The position numbers were made by a program, and so were the translations under genes. 64,000 nucleotides of DNA from Squalus acanthias (lineage: Eukaryota), in contig CM059434.1 of NCBI GenBank assembly GCA_030390025.1, forward strand, positions 132,494,001 to 132,558,000, given 5' to 3'. Below are positions 38,569 to 50,350 of the stretch, one piece after another; position 1 is the first letter of the stretch; the number at the start of each line of letters is the position of its first letter. The notes under the pieces are model-generated. The model was given only the letters and a program-made list of their open reading frames with translations, ran no database searches and was not told the DNA's origin.

Positions 38569-39884
38569 CATACTGGATTAGATTGATGTACCTTATTGAT
38601 GTACCTTATAGACATAGTAAAGAATCTAAGTGGAATAAAAGGGTTAATCCTGAGCAGTCTTTGAAGTTAAACCATGACAGCAGGGTAAGGAGACAAAAGT
38701 AACAACTGGTAAAAGGAAAGCTCAGGCCTGATGTCAGAAAGCACTTCCTTGCACAGTGATCAATACCAGGAGTGGTCTCAAGGAAGGAGAGTGGAGGCAA
38801 AAACTCTTGGCAGCACTCAGTCAGTAATTGGATGCTTTGATTGGGGAATGGTTGAAACTGAGCGGAATAGCTTCTCTATCTTTGCAGTCTTTTTTTACTA
38901 ACTTTTTCTTTGCTCTTTTTTGGTTTAATTTCAGAGGAAATGAAAATGGGTGTAGAGTTTAACTGTTGGGCCTCGCATTCATGTTTCATTGTTGTTTAGC
39001 TCTTTCTTTTGTGCCTCTTAATTGTTGTTTTGTTACTGTAGCTGACTAGAATTGGCCATTGAAGGACAGCAGAAATATTACTTGCACCGCAAAGTTTGAG
39101 ATTGGGAGTTGGTTGGGTTCAGCGTAGGTTAGGTGCTCTGAGATTCCAAGAAATTACAACGGTTTAGCGTTTCTCCAGTGCTCCTTGCATATAGAAAGGC
39201 ATCTCTGAGCACTCGATAGGGCGGAGGGAGGAAAAAATTAAACAAATCAGCATCTCTTGGTACAAGACGGGCTTCTGGATCATTCTTTACAATGAACATC
39301 AAATTGCAAAGTAAACTATCAGTGAGAGAGAACAGCAGGGGTTTCGGAAAACTTCATTAATTGATAAAAATCTTAAGTGTCTGTCCGCACAAGTTGCAGG
39401 CCTGTTGATGAGCATAAGGGAGATAGAGGGAAGCTGCTAAAGCTCTGTTTTCTATGTGTGTTTAGACCAAAGCCCTGAAGCTTTGCCATGAATCATGGAG
39501 CTTGAGGGGTAAACTAGATCCTGGTGATAGTTGATTTGAAATTAAGACCATTACAGAGGTCTCTGATGTGTACCTACCATTTCCTCTCTCCCAAAGTATG
39601 TACCTACCATTCCTTCTCCTCACAATAAAAATGTCACCTGCCATAATGTAGCTTTGGCGATTTGCTGCTATGCTCCTGTGATTTAGATGTATCAGTACTA
39701 AACCATCATTTTTACATAACCAGTTCTCAGACATATGACAAGTCATACAGTACCTGCACTGTTGGTATCGGTGTTCCTACTGTTGTAAGCACTGCATCCC
39801 TCACCCAGAAATTCCAACTCCAGTGTACTTATTTACACCTCCCTCCACTGCCTTGCAACACTCCTTACTTCTGAAAGTACTGGC

Positions 39885-40250
39885 AGGTGCTGGGGCACAG
39901 CTGCGTGGGTGGGTGCTGGGGCGCAGCTGCGTGGGTGCTGGGGCGCAGCTGCGTGGGTGCTGGGGCGCTGCTGCTTGGGTGGGTGCTGGGGCGCTGCTGC
40001 GTGGGTGGGTGCTGGGGCGCAGCTGCGTGGGGCGCTGCTGCGTGGCTGGGTGCTGGGGCGTGGCTGGGTGCTGGGGCGCTGCTGCGTGGCTGGGTGCTGG
40101 GGCGCTGCTGCTTGGGTGGGTGCTGGGGCGCAGCTGCGTGGGTGCTGGGGCGCAGCTGCGTGGGTGCTGGGGCGCAGCTGCGTGGGTGCTGGGGCGCTGC
40201 TGCTTGGGTGGGTGCTGGGGCGCTGCTGCGTGGGTGGGTGCTGGGCACCT
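39885..40250. repeat. GC-rich modular minisatellite (22/26-bp units built on GGGTGCTGGGGCGC(A/T)GCTGCGT)
   Basis: Visible directly; produces multi-frame low-complexity ORFs. Confidence 0.92.
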
Positions 40251-40479
40251 TCCAGCACGTTGCTAAAATAGCTATTCCTCACATGAGCCCAAACCATGAG
40301 TATCTTGCCCAACATTCAGTATTGGACTAGCAAAGATTTTCCTCCAATTAAATATCGGAAAGACGAAAGCCCCCGCCACAAACTCCATTCCCTAACCACC
40401 AATTCCTTTCCTCTACCTGGCCACTTTCTGAGGCTGAACCAGGTTGTTTGTCTATGTAGCAAATTCCCCAAAGGTGTGG

Positions 40480-40633
40480 AAGCAACAAACATTATTGAAA
40501 GTTTTTTTTTAAAGATGCATATAGGGTTAGATGAAGTAGAGTGGGAGGCAGCTCGTGTGGAGCATAAACACGGGCATAGACCAGTTGGGCTGAATGGCCT
40601 GTTTCTATGCTGTAAATTCTATGTAATTCTGTA
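40480..40633 (+). mobile_element. CR1-type 3' end fragment (a similar one lies at ~52320-52560)
   Basis: GTGGGAGGCAGCTCGTGTGGAGCATAAACAC..GGCCTGTTTCTATGCTGTAAATTCTATGTAA. Confidence 0.65.
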
Positions 40634-43600
40634 GGCTCTTTGACCTTGGGGCAGGTGGGGGGGATAGGGCTCAGGAGTATAGAACTCTCAACCCCAATCC
40701 AAGCCTATGGGGCATGCAGGCCAAGTGTAGAATAGATTGAGTCCATGAGGGGTTGAAACTGACCTCCTGGTCTGTGTAGATCTGTTGCATGTTAACTTAT
40801 TAACCTGAATAATCAGGAAGCTCTAACTTCATAACCTCTCACATCAGGAGTCTTACCCAATCGGTTTATCAACACCTGAAAATTTCTCACGAGACATTGA
40901 ACGACCTCAAGATTTTCAAGGATGTTAGTATAATGGCAAATAAGGTAACCTCTTTTCTGTGTGTGGTCATTCACTAGAAACACAAACCATACTCGTAACA
41001 CTCTGGTTATGTAAACCACCTGACTCTGGGCTAAAGCGGCTAGAAAATTGCATCTCTCGTTTGGAAGGTTATTGTTATAACTGCAGCTTAATGGTGTACT
41101 CTTGAGAATTGAACTTTTCAGCAATAGGAATAGGGCAGTAGTTACAAAAAGCTTGCTTCATTTTGACAGATTAATGGTGCTGGTATTTGTGACAGGATGG
41201 TGGGGGGGGGAAACATAGAATCAATGTGTGCACATTGGTACCAACAAAGGTCAAAGAAATTCTTGTGATCTTCCATACCAGTCGCACGATGCTCTTTACC
41301 TTCAAATTTGACATAGTGGTTCGTAATAATGGTTCTATATCACCGCATCTCTATCTTACAAACTTGCCTGCCTGCAGCTTAATAACGAAATGACATTTAA
41401 AGATGTAGCTGCATATAAAATGAAGCCCTGAATATATTGTGTAAGATACTGGGGAAAAGGAAAGGAAGAACCTGCATTTATTAAATTACAAGCCTTGGGG
41501 TTTAGAAGTGCTCAAACTTTGCTCTTGCCGTATATATCAGTTGAACTATCTTTTTTTTATATATATATTTATATTTATTTTCTAAATCTGGTGGATCATA
41601 TGAATATTTTTATGCTCTCTCTTTCCTCCCTTCACCACTGATATAACACCCACTTGTGCCAATTTCCTCCTCTCTCGAAGGCATTCACTCCTTTCTGGGG
41701 TATGGCTTATTGGGCACAGCACTCTCTGGTACCTCTGCCAAATATCGACTCTTCAGCTGTGATTTTAAATGGCGAGTGTCGGCAGGATGTTTGCTTGTGG
41801 AGGGCATCGCAGTTGAACCTGTTTCATTACACACACATGCAAGTGATTGGGAATGGGAGACATGGCTTTTTTTACCCTTTCCCTCTCCCTCTCCCTCCCT
41901 CCCCAATTCTCAAACCGTGACCACAGCCCTACTTAGTCCAAGAGTGCTGCTGTCAAATGTAGAGTCTGAATTGCTGCCCTGCCTGGATTTAGTTAACAGG
42001 ATACAGATCGGGAATGGAACTTGCAATCCTCTGGTCTGCATGACAATACCATAACCGGCAGTGCTTTTAGACTATGGGTTGCAGGGGAAAGTGGGAGAAG
42101 AGTTTATATAGAGGCTATTCCTGTGGTGTGATATGATGTTAACAGCTCAGATAGCTCACTGGTACTTAGCCTCAATATTGGAGAGTCAAATCCTGGCTAT
42201 GAAGATCCTATTAAAATCACACACTTAAGGTAATTTTCACCTCTAGTGTGGAGAACTGAAAGCGTTCTCAACAGAATCGACGTGAATTTAAGGTTTTATG
42301 AAGAGGCATGGGGGATGAATTACGTCTGAAATAGCTGATCATCCTGGTCACTCATGAGTTACGGTGAACAGCATGAAAAGAATATAGATCATATCCCTCA
42401 TCATCACCTCTTGTAGTCTGTACCAGGTAAGAAATGGAGAATATACCAGATGTAAAATATTGACCTGTGCATTGCACATGAGTTTGGTTTATGGTGTTAA
42501 GTTGTTTACTTTCGTTCACTGAGAGAAGACATCACATGAATAAAGTATGAGCAATATTTGATGGAGATGTCATTATTTGTGGTATAAGTTTAAAACATTG
42601 AGTTTATAACTTTGCTATAAAAGGGTTAAAGCTTCTTTATAGCACTGTTAATGAGTCCAATTTTTCGCTATCTGAATGTACTAAGCATAGCTCACGGCAC
42701 AGTTAGGAAAACCTTCCTAGAGAACTTAAATCCTCCCTTCAATCAACTCCACCACACACCACTGCAGAGAAAGAGACTGATATGAAAGGGAAAATGGAAG
42801 TACACCACCTCCTGCTTTGGGCAGTTCAGAAATATTCTTCCTTTTCTCCCCTCCCCTTTTGTCTCCTTCCCTTCCCACCCCCAAAATACAGCCAGCCTAT
42901 TGAACAATGTAACACTATTATACCTATGTACACAATTATGCCGGCACCTACTGCATCAATGTAAATTCTGTGTTAAAACAACTGTACATCAGCACCAATC
43001 TGTAAGCCAGTGTATGATATTTTTATCTGATAACAACCAGACAAGTTGGCAATAAAAAAAGCATTACAAACAATACACATTTGAGCAGATTATCAGCAAA
43101 AATAAATTTTAAAATCACATTTCAAAATCCTTGGGGGAAGTCAGCAAATGTATTTTTTTTTCCTTAAATGAAGTAAAATAAAAATCATGTGGGTGGATAA
43201 CAAATTAAATGACAAGTCGCTGTAGATTCTCTGCAACTGAATGTCGGGCAGATCTGTACAGACCCCTGGACCTAAGAAAGAGTCAGTGAAACGAAAAGCC
43301 CAGCAAATGGCTTCCTGTGTCTGGTCTGGCAGAACGTGATGCTGCAGCAAGTCCAGTGCTGGCAAGGCTGGAACAGCAGTAGAACGTGCAGTCTACTTCA
43401 AGCCATTTTTAAAAGAAAATCATTTTCAGTATCCACATTTTTCAAGTGGATCCAGTTGTTGATTCCAAAGGAGAGGGGGGAACACCCCCCCCCCCCCCCC
43501 ACCACCCCCCAAAAAAAAATTCCAGGGTATCATTTGTTGAAGGTTAAGTCCAATCTCATTAGTGTGCATTGCACATACTTCAGTGGGTTGTAATTGTTTT

Positions 43601-44169
43601 GAAGTGTCCTAATTGTTCAGGAGCCTTTCAGTAGAAATCCATTGATTAGAACATCAAAATGTCTGTTGTATGTATTATGAAGATCTGAATAAAATTTGAC
43701 AAACATTTATTTAAAAAAACACACACACAAACACACACAAGAAAAACTGGTGCTGAATTTCCTCAGGTCTTGCTTTCAATGTACATTAATGGTGTTTGTC
43801 ACTGAATCTTTTGAACACAAAAACAAATTGACAAGGGCAGTGAGAGGTTCTTATCTATCAATCTCTCCTTTTTCTCTCTGTTTCCGTGTCCTCTCCATAT
43901 CCTTTCCAAACTAAGATTAGAATTGGACATTCTGAAGCATAGTTTGTAGTAGAGACTGTCAAAAGATTGAGGTAGATACTATACACTGCACCTAATCATT
44001 AATATATGTTTTTGGGGATTACTTTTGTTTCCGTCGAGGAATAATTGAGGTTGAAAGTACGCAATACCCGGTTAACCATTACAATGTGTTGCTGTTTTAT
44101 AAACCACTTAAAATGTTTAAACCAGCATTCTAGATGAGATTTTAATTGCTCTTGTAGGATCTATGTAAC

Positions 44170-44637
44170 CTATAACTGGTACCCATTACCCCTGTGCTTG
44201 CTGACCTACATTGGCTCCTGGTCCCTTGCACCTCCAATGTAAAATTCTCATCCATGTCTTCAAATAACTTCAAAGCCTTGCCCCCACCCACCCCCATCTG
44301 TGTAACCTCCTACAACCCTCTGGGAACTTTTGCATTCCTCCGACTCTGACCTCTCACACATTTCCCTACTCTCTTCACCCCACCATTGGCAGCAATGCCT
44401 TCAGCAGCCTAGGCCCTAAATTCTGGGGTTCCCTCCCTAAATCTATCCGGCTCTCCACCTCTCTCCTCCTTTAAGACTCTCCTTTAATACCTAGGTCTTT
44501 GACTAAGCTTTTCGTCACCCCTCCTTATATCTCCTCCTTTGGATTGGTGTCAATTTTCTTTGTGTCTGATTACACTTCTGAGAAGCACCGTGAGACATTT
44601 TTCCTGTTAAAGGAGCTATATAAATGCAAGTTGTTGT
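44170..44637 (+). mobile_element. L2 LINE 3' fragment
   Basis: CCCATTACCCCTGTGCTTGCTGACCTACATTGGCTCC (PITPVLADLHWL) through GCTATATAAATGCAAGTTGTTG. Confidence 0.85.
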
Positions 44638-46349
44638 ATGTGACATTGCAGTGAAGCCTGTTGCATAGGCAAAAAGTATTGTTTCTAGCAACTAAAATTA
44701 AGAGGCTAAAGTCTAAACACACTAAGTACATCTCAACTCCCCTTGGTCTCACTCTGGTGTGCCGTATTTCTACTGTTCTTTCACTGTTTTATCCGTTTCT
44801 ATTTCTTATCTCTTCCCCCCCCCCCCCAAAAAAAAGACAACTACTGTGCTATGGGTAGTTTATTCCTGCAGAGCATTTGAAGGTTGCCAGGGTGATGGGG
44901 GCACACGGACAAATATATGGATGTCTGTTCTTTATGCATTCTTTTCAAACGCATACTTTCATTCATTCTTCCCTGAATGTCATCATTGATCAGATGTGGC
45001 AACGTGATTGATAATCCATTGTAAATTAAAAGCAGCAATGGGCATTAATACACTGTAAAGGCCAGCATTGCTTAAACGCTAGAACAGCTATCAGCTGCTT
45101 ATGTTAGCGATGAATGTTCTAGTGTGTGCTATGTTGGAGTAACAGACCTTGAGCTGATTAGAGTGCTTGGTGCATCAGCTCTCAGTACCCCACCTCCCGG
45201 TCTCAGCATAAAACACAATGGCACGTTCATGGTTACAATGCAGGACCAAGCATTGCTTAATCAACACCGTTCTTGAGGACCTAATTTAATAGTTTAACAT
45301 GGTGCATTTATTTCTTTTGACGCAGGTCTACTGCCCTGGCCACTTGCGGGTTTATGAAACTGCAATTCCGTTTCAATCCATTCAGTCGACATTTAGAAAT
45401 TAGCCAGCCAGTGCTCTATGCATGCTAATGCTAGGTTAGAAGCAGCACAGTCAGCAGATGGATTACGGCAGTAAAATTCAAATAACTTTTACAAGAACAA
45501 GATTGGTATTCATACATTACATCAATTGGAGCAAGCAGTGGAGTTTTCAGTTTCTTTTTCCAATGTAGACTTGTGCTGAGGGGTACACCATTTAAACCAT
45601 TGGTGCGTACCCCAGTTTTAAGCCCAAATCTTCTAATCTTGTCATGCAGGATTGCTATTCATCATTTTCTTTTGTGGATTTCATATTTGAAATGACAAAA
45701 ATCCGCCAGGGTTTTACCCCCCCCCCCCCCCCATCCCCCATTTCCTGGTACCCGAAGCATTGAATCATATTTTAAATAAATCACTAGCAATGACAGAAGA
45801 TCAATAGAAGAATTTAATATACTGTCAGTTAACCCTTTCGATGCTGAATGTCCTTCACAGCCTTCAGTCGACACACTGCATCTGGACTCTGCCAACAATA
45901 AAGCAAAGTACTTCTAATGCTGAAGATTAGTATGCAGGGTTTGAGAAACAGCCAACATTACGCAATGTTTTATAAATCACTCTCGCCTTGACAAACGCAT
46001 TCTATTCTTGGTGCAGAAGTTGTGAAAGGGTTACTGCTTCATAATGCGCCCTGATTCTTCCCCTCCTTTCTCCCCTATTTTGGGTTTGCTGCAGATATTT
46101 TCAGAATCCTATGCCAGCAGCGGTTTCTAAGGAAGTTCCATATTACCTTTCAGATCAAGTAATGCTCCTCCCTGTTCTCCTCTTTTCCCTTCCCCAAAAA
46201 TACACACACATACATAACACACACGCATACACACACACACAGACGATTATAATTTTGCATCTCAAAGCAAGGCTGTGTTTTACAGTAATTAACAGACTCA
46301 TCCGCACTTCCACCATTTTATAGAATTCACAGTATCACTGCATGCAGAA

Positions 46350-46938
46350 AAGAATGTGTTTTTATATAAACAGAAAATATTGTCTTGTCGTGAACGGACC
46401 CTCGCTGGTTTCACTCAGATGAAAAGGTTGTCTGGCGATTTTTCTTCCATTTATAAATTAAATCAACTCTTCTCAAAAAAAATCCCTTTTTTATTGCCTT
46501 TTTTAACATTTTGGCACAGTACAAATTGGTGCTTTTACAAGATAAACCTGTAAAGTCTGATATTGGGCTTAGAAAGAATTTCCATATAAATATGTTTTAC
46601 TGCATCCTCATAGCACTGGCTTTAAAAATTACAGAATGCCCTTTTTAAACTGGTTCGGCCCCATTTTTTTTTTCCAAAGTCATGAAAGCATCTTGAACAG
46701 CTTTGTCTCTTCTTAAACATAAGTTACAGGTTAGAAAATAGTTTATTTTTTATATATATATAATCACTTTTTTTAATCAGCCATGGTTGCTTTGATATAA
46801 GCATATACAAGAAAACAGTCTGAGTTTTGCACTTTTTACAAAATTCTGACAACTTGTGCATTCTATTGCATTTTATATATATATATAATATATGTTATAT
46901 TATATATATATGTATATATATATAAGTATGTACAGAAG
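46350..46938 (-). promoter_or_regulatory. LRRC4: LRRC4 proximal 3'UTR with candidate poly(A) signals
   Basis: AT-rich sequence after the stop codon. AATAAA on the minus strand at 46742-46747 and 46490-46495. (TA)n-rich tract at ~46872-46925. Confidence 0.55.
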
Positions 46939-48825
46939 TCAGATCTGAGTCTCCTGAACTTTCTCCTTGGTATGTGTCTGTATAATAAAGGGCTCAGGTA
47001 TTGTAGTGTGGAGCGAGTTACCCAGGCTGTTCTCTGTCCAGTGAGCCCCATGTGCTGGTTTGTACGTGTTATAGTTCATGTGGTCATGGACCGAGGGCAC
47101 TACGACAGCTCCTTCTGACGGCGTGATGTCCTCTTCCACGTTAATGATCTCTATAGTCCTGGCTGCCGCCACCGTGCTCCGTTGTTGGTGCCGCTTGCGG
47201 AGTTTGTAAAACACTATGAGCATGGCGGCTGCCAGCAGCGTCACTGCCACGAAACAGCCGATGATGATTTTCGTGGTTTTCATGACTTCGTCCAGGCTGG
47301 TGCGGGTCGTGTCTATGGTGGCCAACGTGGGGACCACCACCACTGTTTTTGGACTCCTCGTGCTCTGCAGCAGCACCGTGGGAGTGGAGATGAACGCTGG
47401 CTTGTAAGTGGGCGGTGTCGACAGAAACGGCGGTACTTTAGTCCTGACGGTGTCTGGTGTCGTTTCCACGGTGACTGTGGAAAAGTAGGTGTAATTTGAC
47501 GTGTTGATCTCCGCCATGCTAACTCTCAGGAAGGCTGATGCATCGGCATTCCCTGCCACATTGGTGACCATACATTTGTAGGTACCAGCATCTGTTATTA
47601 AAACGTGCAAGAAGTATAGGGTTCCATTGTTAAATACAGATATACGGGGATGTGTCGAGCCGTGACTCAATACCGTGCTGTTGGGCAACAACCACCTAAC
47701 GGATGACATGGAGGACGTTCGACATTTCAGTTTGGCCGTTCTCCCTTCGGAGATGTTTAGGTTCTGCGGTGGCTCCAGTATAACCGGCCGCGAGCACTGG
47801 AAAGTGCCCTGGTCTACTTCGGTCAAGTATTTCCCCCTCATGTGAGGTGGGGAGTGGCACCGGCCGCAGCAAGTCGAGTTTGTGGGGATGTACTCCCGCA
47901 GCCACCAGGTGAGCCAGAGGATATCGCAGTCGCAATTCCATGGGTTGTGGTGCAGGTGCAACTCCACAAGGTACCTCAGCGGTGCAAACAGATCATGTGG
48001 CAGCGAAGTGAGGTTATTGTGGGCCAGATTTAGTTCCACCAGTGCAGTGAGGTCATCAAAGGCATTCCGCTCAATCAGATTGACTTGAGAGTTCATAAGC
48101 CAGAGCTTTTTTAATGATTTTAGCCCCTGAAATGATCCCGGTTTAATTGTAGGGAAGTGGTTGCTAGACATTTCCAACTCCTCCAACCTTACCAGTGGTG
48201 TGAGATTTGGCATATCCCTCAGGTTACACATCCCTAGATTAAGGTATTTTAAGTTAATTAAGCCCTCAAAAGCACCATCCAAGATGTACTCTAGTTTTCT
48301 AAGTTCCCCCAGGTCCAGACGCAGCAGTGATGGCACCCTGTTAAAAGCGTATGATGGAATGCTTTCAATAGGGTTGTTCCTGAGCCACAATTCACGCAGT
48401 TTTGAAAAGGACTCGAATGCGCCACTTGGTATCACAGTCAGTCTGTTCTCAAACAACTCCAGTGTGTTAAGGCTAGTCAGTCCATTAAATGCACCAACCT
48501 CTATTTGCCGGATGGAATTCCGGCCGAGCTGCAAGACCTCCATGTGGTATAGGTGTCGGAAGGTGTCTGCCTTGATAAGCTGGATGTTGTTCTCCATGAG
48601 GTTGAGGTACCGGGTATTAGAAGGGATCCCTTGAGGGACCTCTTTGAGTCCACGGCGAGTGCAGACGACTTTGCTGAAGTGATTACTGCAGGAGCAGATA
48701 ACTGGACAACTCTGTTCTCTGTTTGACGCTTCGCACATACTCCACATCCGTACCGTGAGGTAGACGAGAAGAACCAGGGCAGCATTCCAGGTGTGATGCA
48801 CAGTTACCTGCCACAAGAGATTCAT
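46939..48825 (-). CDS. LRRC4: Leucine-rich repeat-containing protein 4 (netrin-G ligand 2, NGL-2), single coding exon. The in-frame ATG at 48837 would add MCHI.
   Basis: 632-aa ORF. N-terminus MNLLWQVTVHHTWNA matches the recalled LRRC4 start MKLLWQVTVHHHTWNA. Contains LRRNT (CPVICSCSNHFSKVVC), tandem LRRs, LRRCT (NPWNCDC..CCGRC), an Ig domain, a TM helix (IIIGCFVAVTLLAAAMLIVFY), the tail YNTYKPAHGAHWTENSLGNSLH and the PDZ-binding end ETQI. Confidence 0.96.
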   Translation of the reverse strand: MNLLWQVTVHHTWNAALVLLVYLTVRMWSMCEASNREQSCPVICSCSNHFSKVVCTRRGLKEVPQGIPSNTRYLNLMENNIQLIKADTFRHLYHMEVLQLGRNSIRQIEVGAFNGLTSLNTLELFENRLTVIPSGAFESFSKLRELWLRNNPIESIPSYAFNRVPSLLRLDLGELRKLEYILDGAFEGLINLKYLNLGMCNLRDMPNLTPLVRLEELEMSSNHFPTIKPGSFQGLKSLKKLWLMNSQVNLIERNAFDDLTALVELNLAHNNLTSLPHDLFAPLRYLVELHLHHNPWNCDCDILWLTWWLREYIPTNSTCCGRCHSPPHMRGKYLTEVDQGTFQCSRPVILEPPQNLNISEGRTAKLKCRTSSMSSVRWLLPNSTVLSHGSTHPRISVFNNGTLYFLHVLITDAGTYKCMVTNVAGNADASAFLRVSMAEINTSNYTYFSTVTVETTPDTVRTKVPPFLSTPPTYKPAFISTPTVLLQSTRSPKTVVVVPTLATIDTTRTSLDEVMKTTKIIIGCFVAVTLLAAAMLIVFYKLRKRHQQRSTVAAARTIEIINVEEDITPSEGAVVVPSVHDHMNYNTYKPAHGAHWTENSLGNSLHTTIPEPFIIQTHTKEKVQETQI

Positions 48826-48912
48826 GATGTGGCACATTCATAATTCACCATAGTCTGGGATCGGCACTGATTTGAAAATCGGCTCTACCCCGGCACAGCA
48901 GGCTACCAGTGC

Positions 48913-49005
48913 CTTTAGCGATCGACAGTGAAAAGGGGGAGGGGGTGGGGTGGGGGGGGGAAGAGAGAGGAGAGAGATGCAATGAGGACGGCCTGTCACA
49001 CCTAC
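48913..49005 (-). other. LRRC4: Predicted 93-nt 5'UTR intron of LRRC4
   Basis: On the minus strand: donor GAG|GTAGGT at 49005, branch-like CTCAT near 48985, a ~50-nt pyrimidine tract, and the first downstream AG (CTAAAG|G) at 48913. Confidence 0.65.
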
Positions 49006-49899
49006 CTCTACAAGAGTGCAGTCCCACGGTTTCATGCACTAGATACTAGTGCTATTTTCCCCTCCTCTTCCTTAATAAAAAATAAAGGATTCACAAAATG
49101 GCTCCTAGTAAATCCAAAGCAGTAGAAAGGACCGGCAGAGGTGAGGCCCAATCGGCTACGCAGGTGCATGCATCCTCTCTACCCCAGAGAGCAGCGCCAT
49201 CAACAGTCGTGGTGTTTGTCCTCGGAGTTGAGAAAGCTGTCGAGCGAGCTCCATCGCTGATGTATAAACCAGGCAGTCTGCTTTGTGTGGAGGGGTTTTT
49301 TTTTGGTTTTTCCGACCCCTCTGCTGCTGTTGTCAGTCTCTCTTTCTCGGTGTACCCACGCTCTCTAATCTGTTTCACTCTCTGCCAGGGTCGACTGATT
49401 TAAAAACAGCTACGAGCAGCACATTGCAGTCAGCAGCTTAACTAGCCAGTTCTCCACCAGTAGACGCAGCAGCTGCAGGCTGCCTCCCGCACAGTTAGCA
49501 ATAATCCGTTGATTGCTCCAAGGGGAGGGGGGGAAGCGATTGGAGGAGGAAAAGATTGCTGGAGAGCGCTCTCTTTCTCTCACTGATGAAATGGAAATCT
49601 TCAGTGATGAGCCTTTTTTTTTTATTTTGGCAGAATCAGCATCACAACAGAGGGAAAGAAAGCCCCTCTTCTCTTCCCTCTGTATTTCTTGTGGTATCCT
49701 TTTTTGTTTTGAGGTAGTGAGTTGTGGCAGGTTTTCTTTTAGCCTTTTGTCCTGTTAATAAGGTCTTTGTTGGCCAGTGACTGCAACAGCTGCAACAGAA
49801 ACCTCTGTCCTCCAGAACATTTTCTTTCTTTTTCTCTCTTTCTCGCTTCTCTCTTTGACAGTGTTGCAGGCAGCCACACAGGCTGCGCTCTCATCCCTT

Positions 49900-50350
49900 T
49901 GTCCTTCACTCTGAACGTGAATGTATTGCTGACGCATGTCGTAATGAGCAGTACATTGGTGTGATGCAGTGCTCTTGTATGTATTAACACCACCCCCCCA
50001 CCCTGCTCCACTCTCTTCCCCTCCAGGGGTTAATGATAAATGCTTCCAGCAACGTTGCATTGATTCAGTGGAAGATTTTTAGATGCATATATAAACTGCG
50101 GAAGAGGCTGTCAATTCAGACCCTGTAGCTCTAATACTATTTTGGTCTGTGCTGAGTATATGTGATGTGGCGGCCGATTCTTTGAAGTAGCCAAATGTGT
50201 TGCAGTGATTTAAGCCAGTTCTCGGTCCCTGTTGGGATAAACACGAATTGATGTTTCAGCTGCTGGGGGCCAGCGAGCTGCAATTGGTCTGCTGGCTGCC
50301 GGTGTTACGTCATCCCTTGTAGTGCTGAGTTGGCTGCTCTGTGACGGCAA
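49900..50350 (-). promoter_or_regulatory. Candidate LRRC4 promoter
   Basis: TE-free and locally CpG-richer. CRE-like TGACGTAA (50305-50312, minus), CCAAT box (50283-50287, minus) and TATA-like TTTATATATG (~50086-50095, minus) lie in promoter order upstream of the gene. Confidence 0.4.

Noticed and set aside
38580-39620. Short direct duplications (ATTGATGTACCTT x2 at ~38582; TGTACCTACCATT x2 at ~39569 and ~39599)
   Set aside because: Ordinary slippage-type duplications with no further structure.
39823-40330. Multiple 120-160 aa ORFs
   Set aside because: Products of the GC-rich minisatellite.
47182-48785. Antisense and alternative-frame ORFs inside LRRC4
   Set aside because: Shadow ORFs of a real CDS with no independent features.
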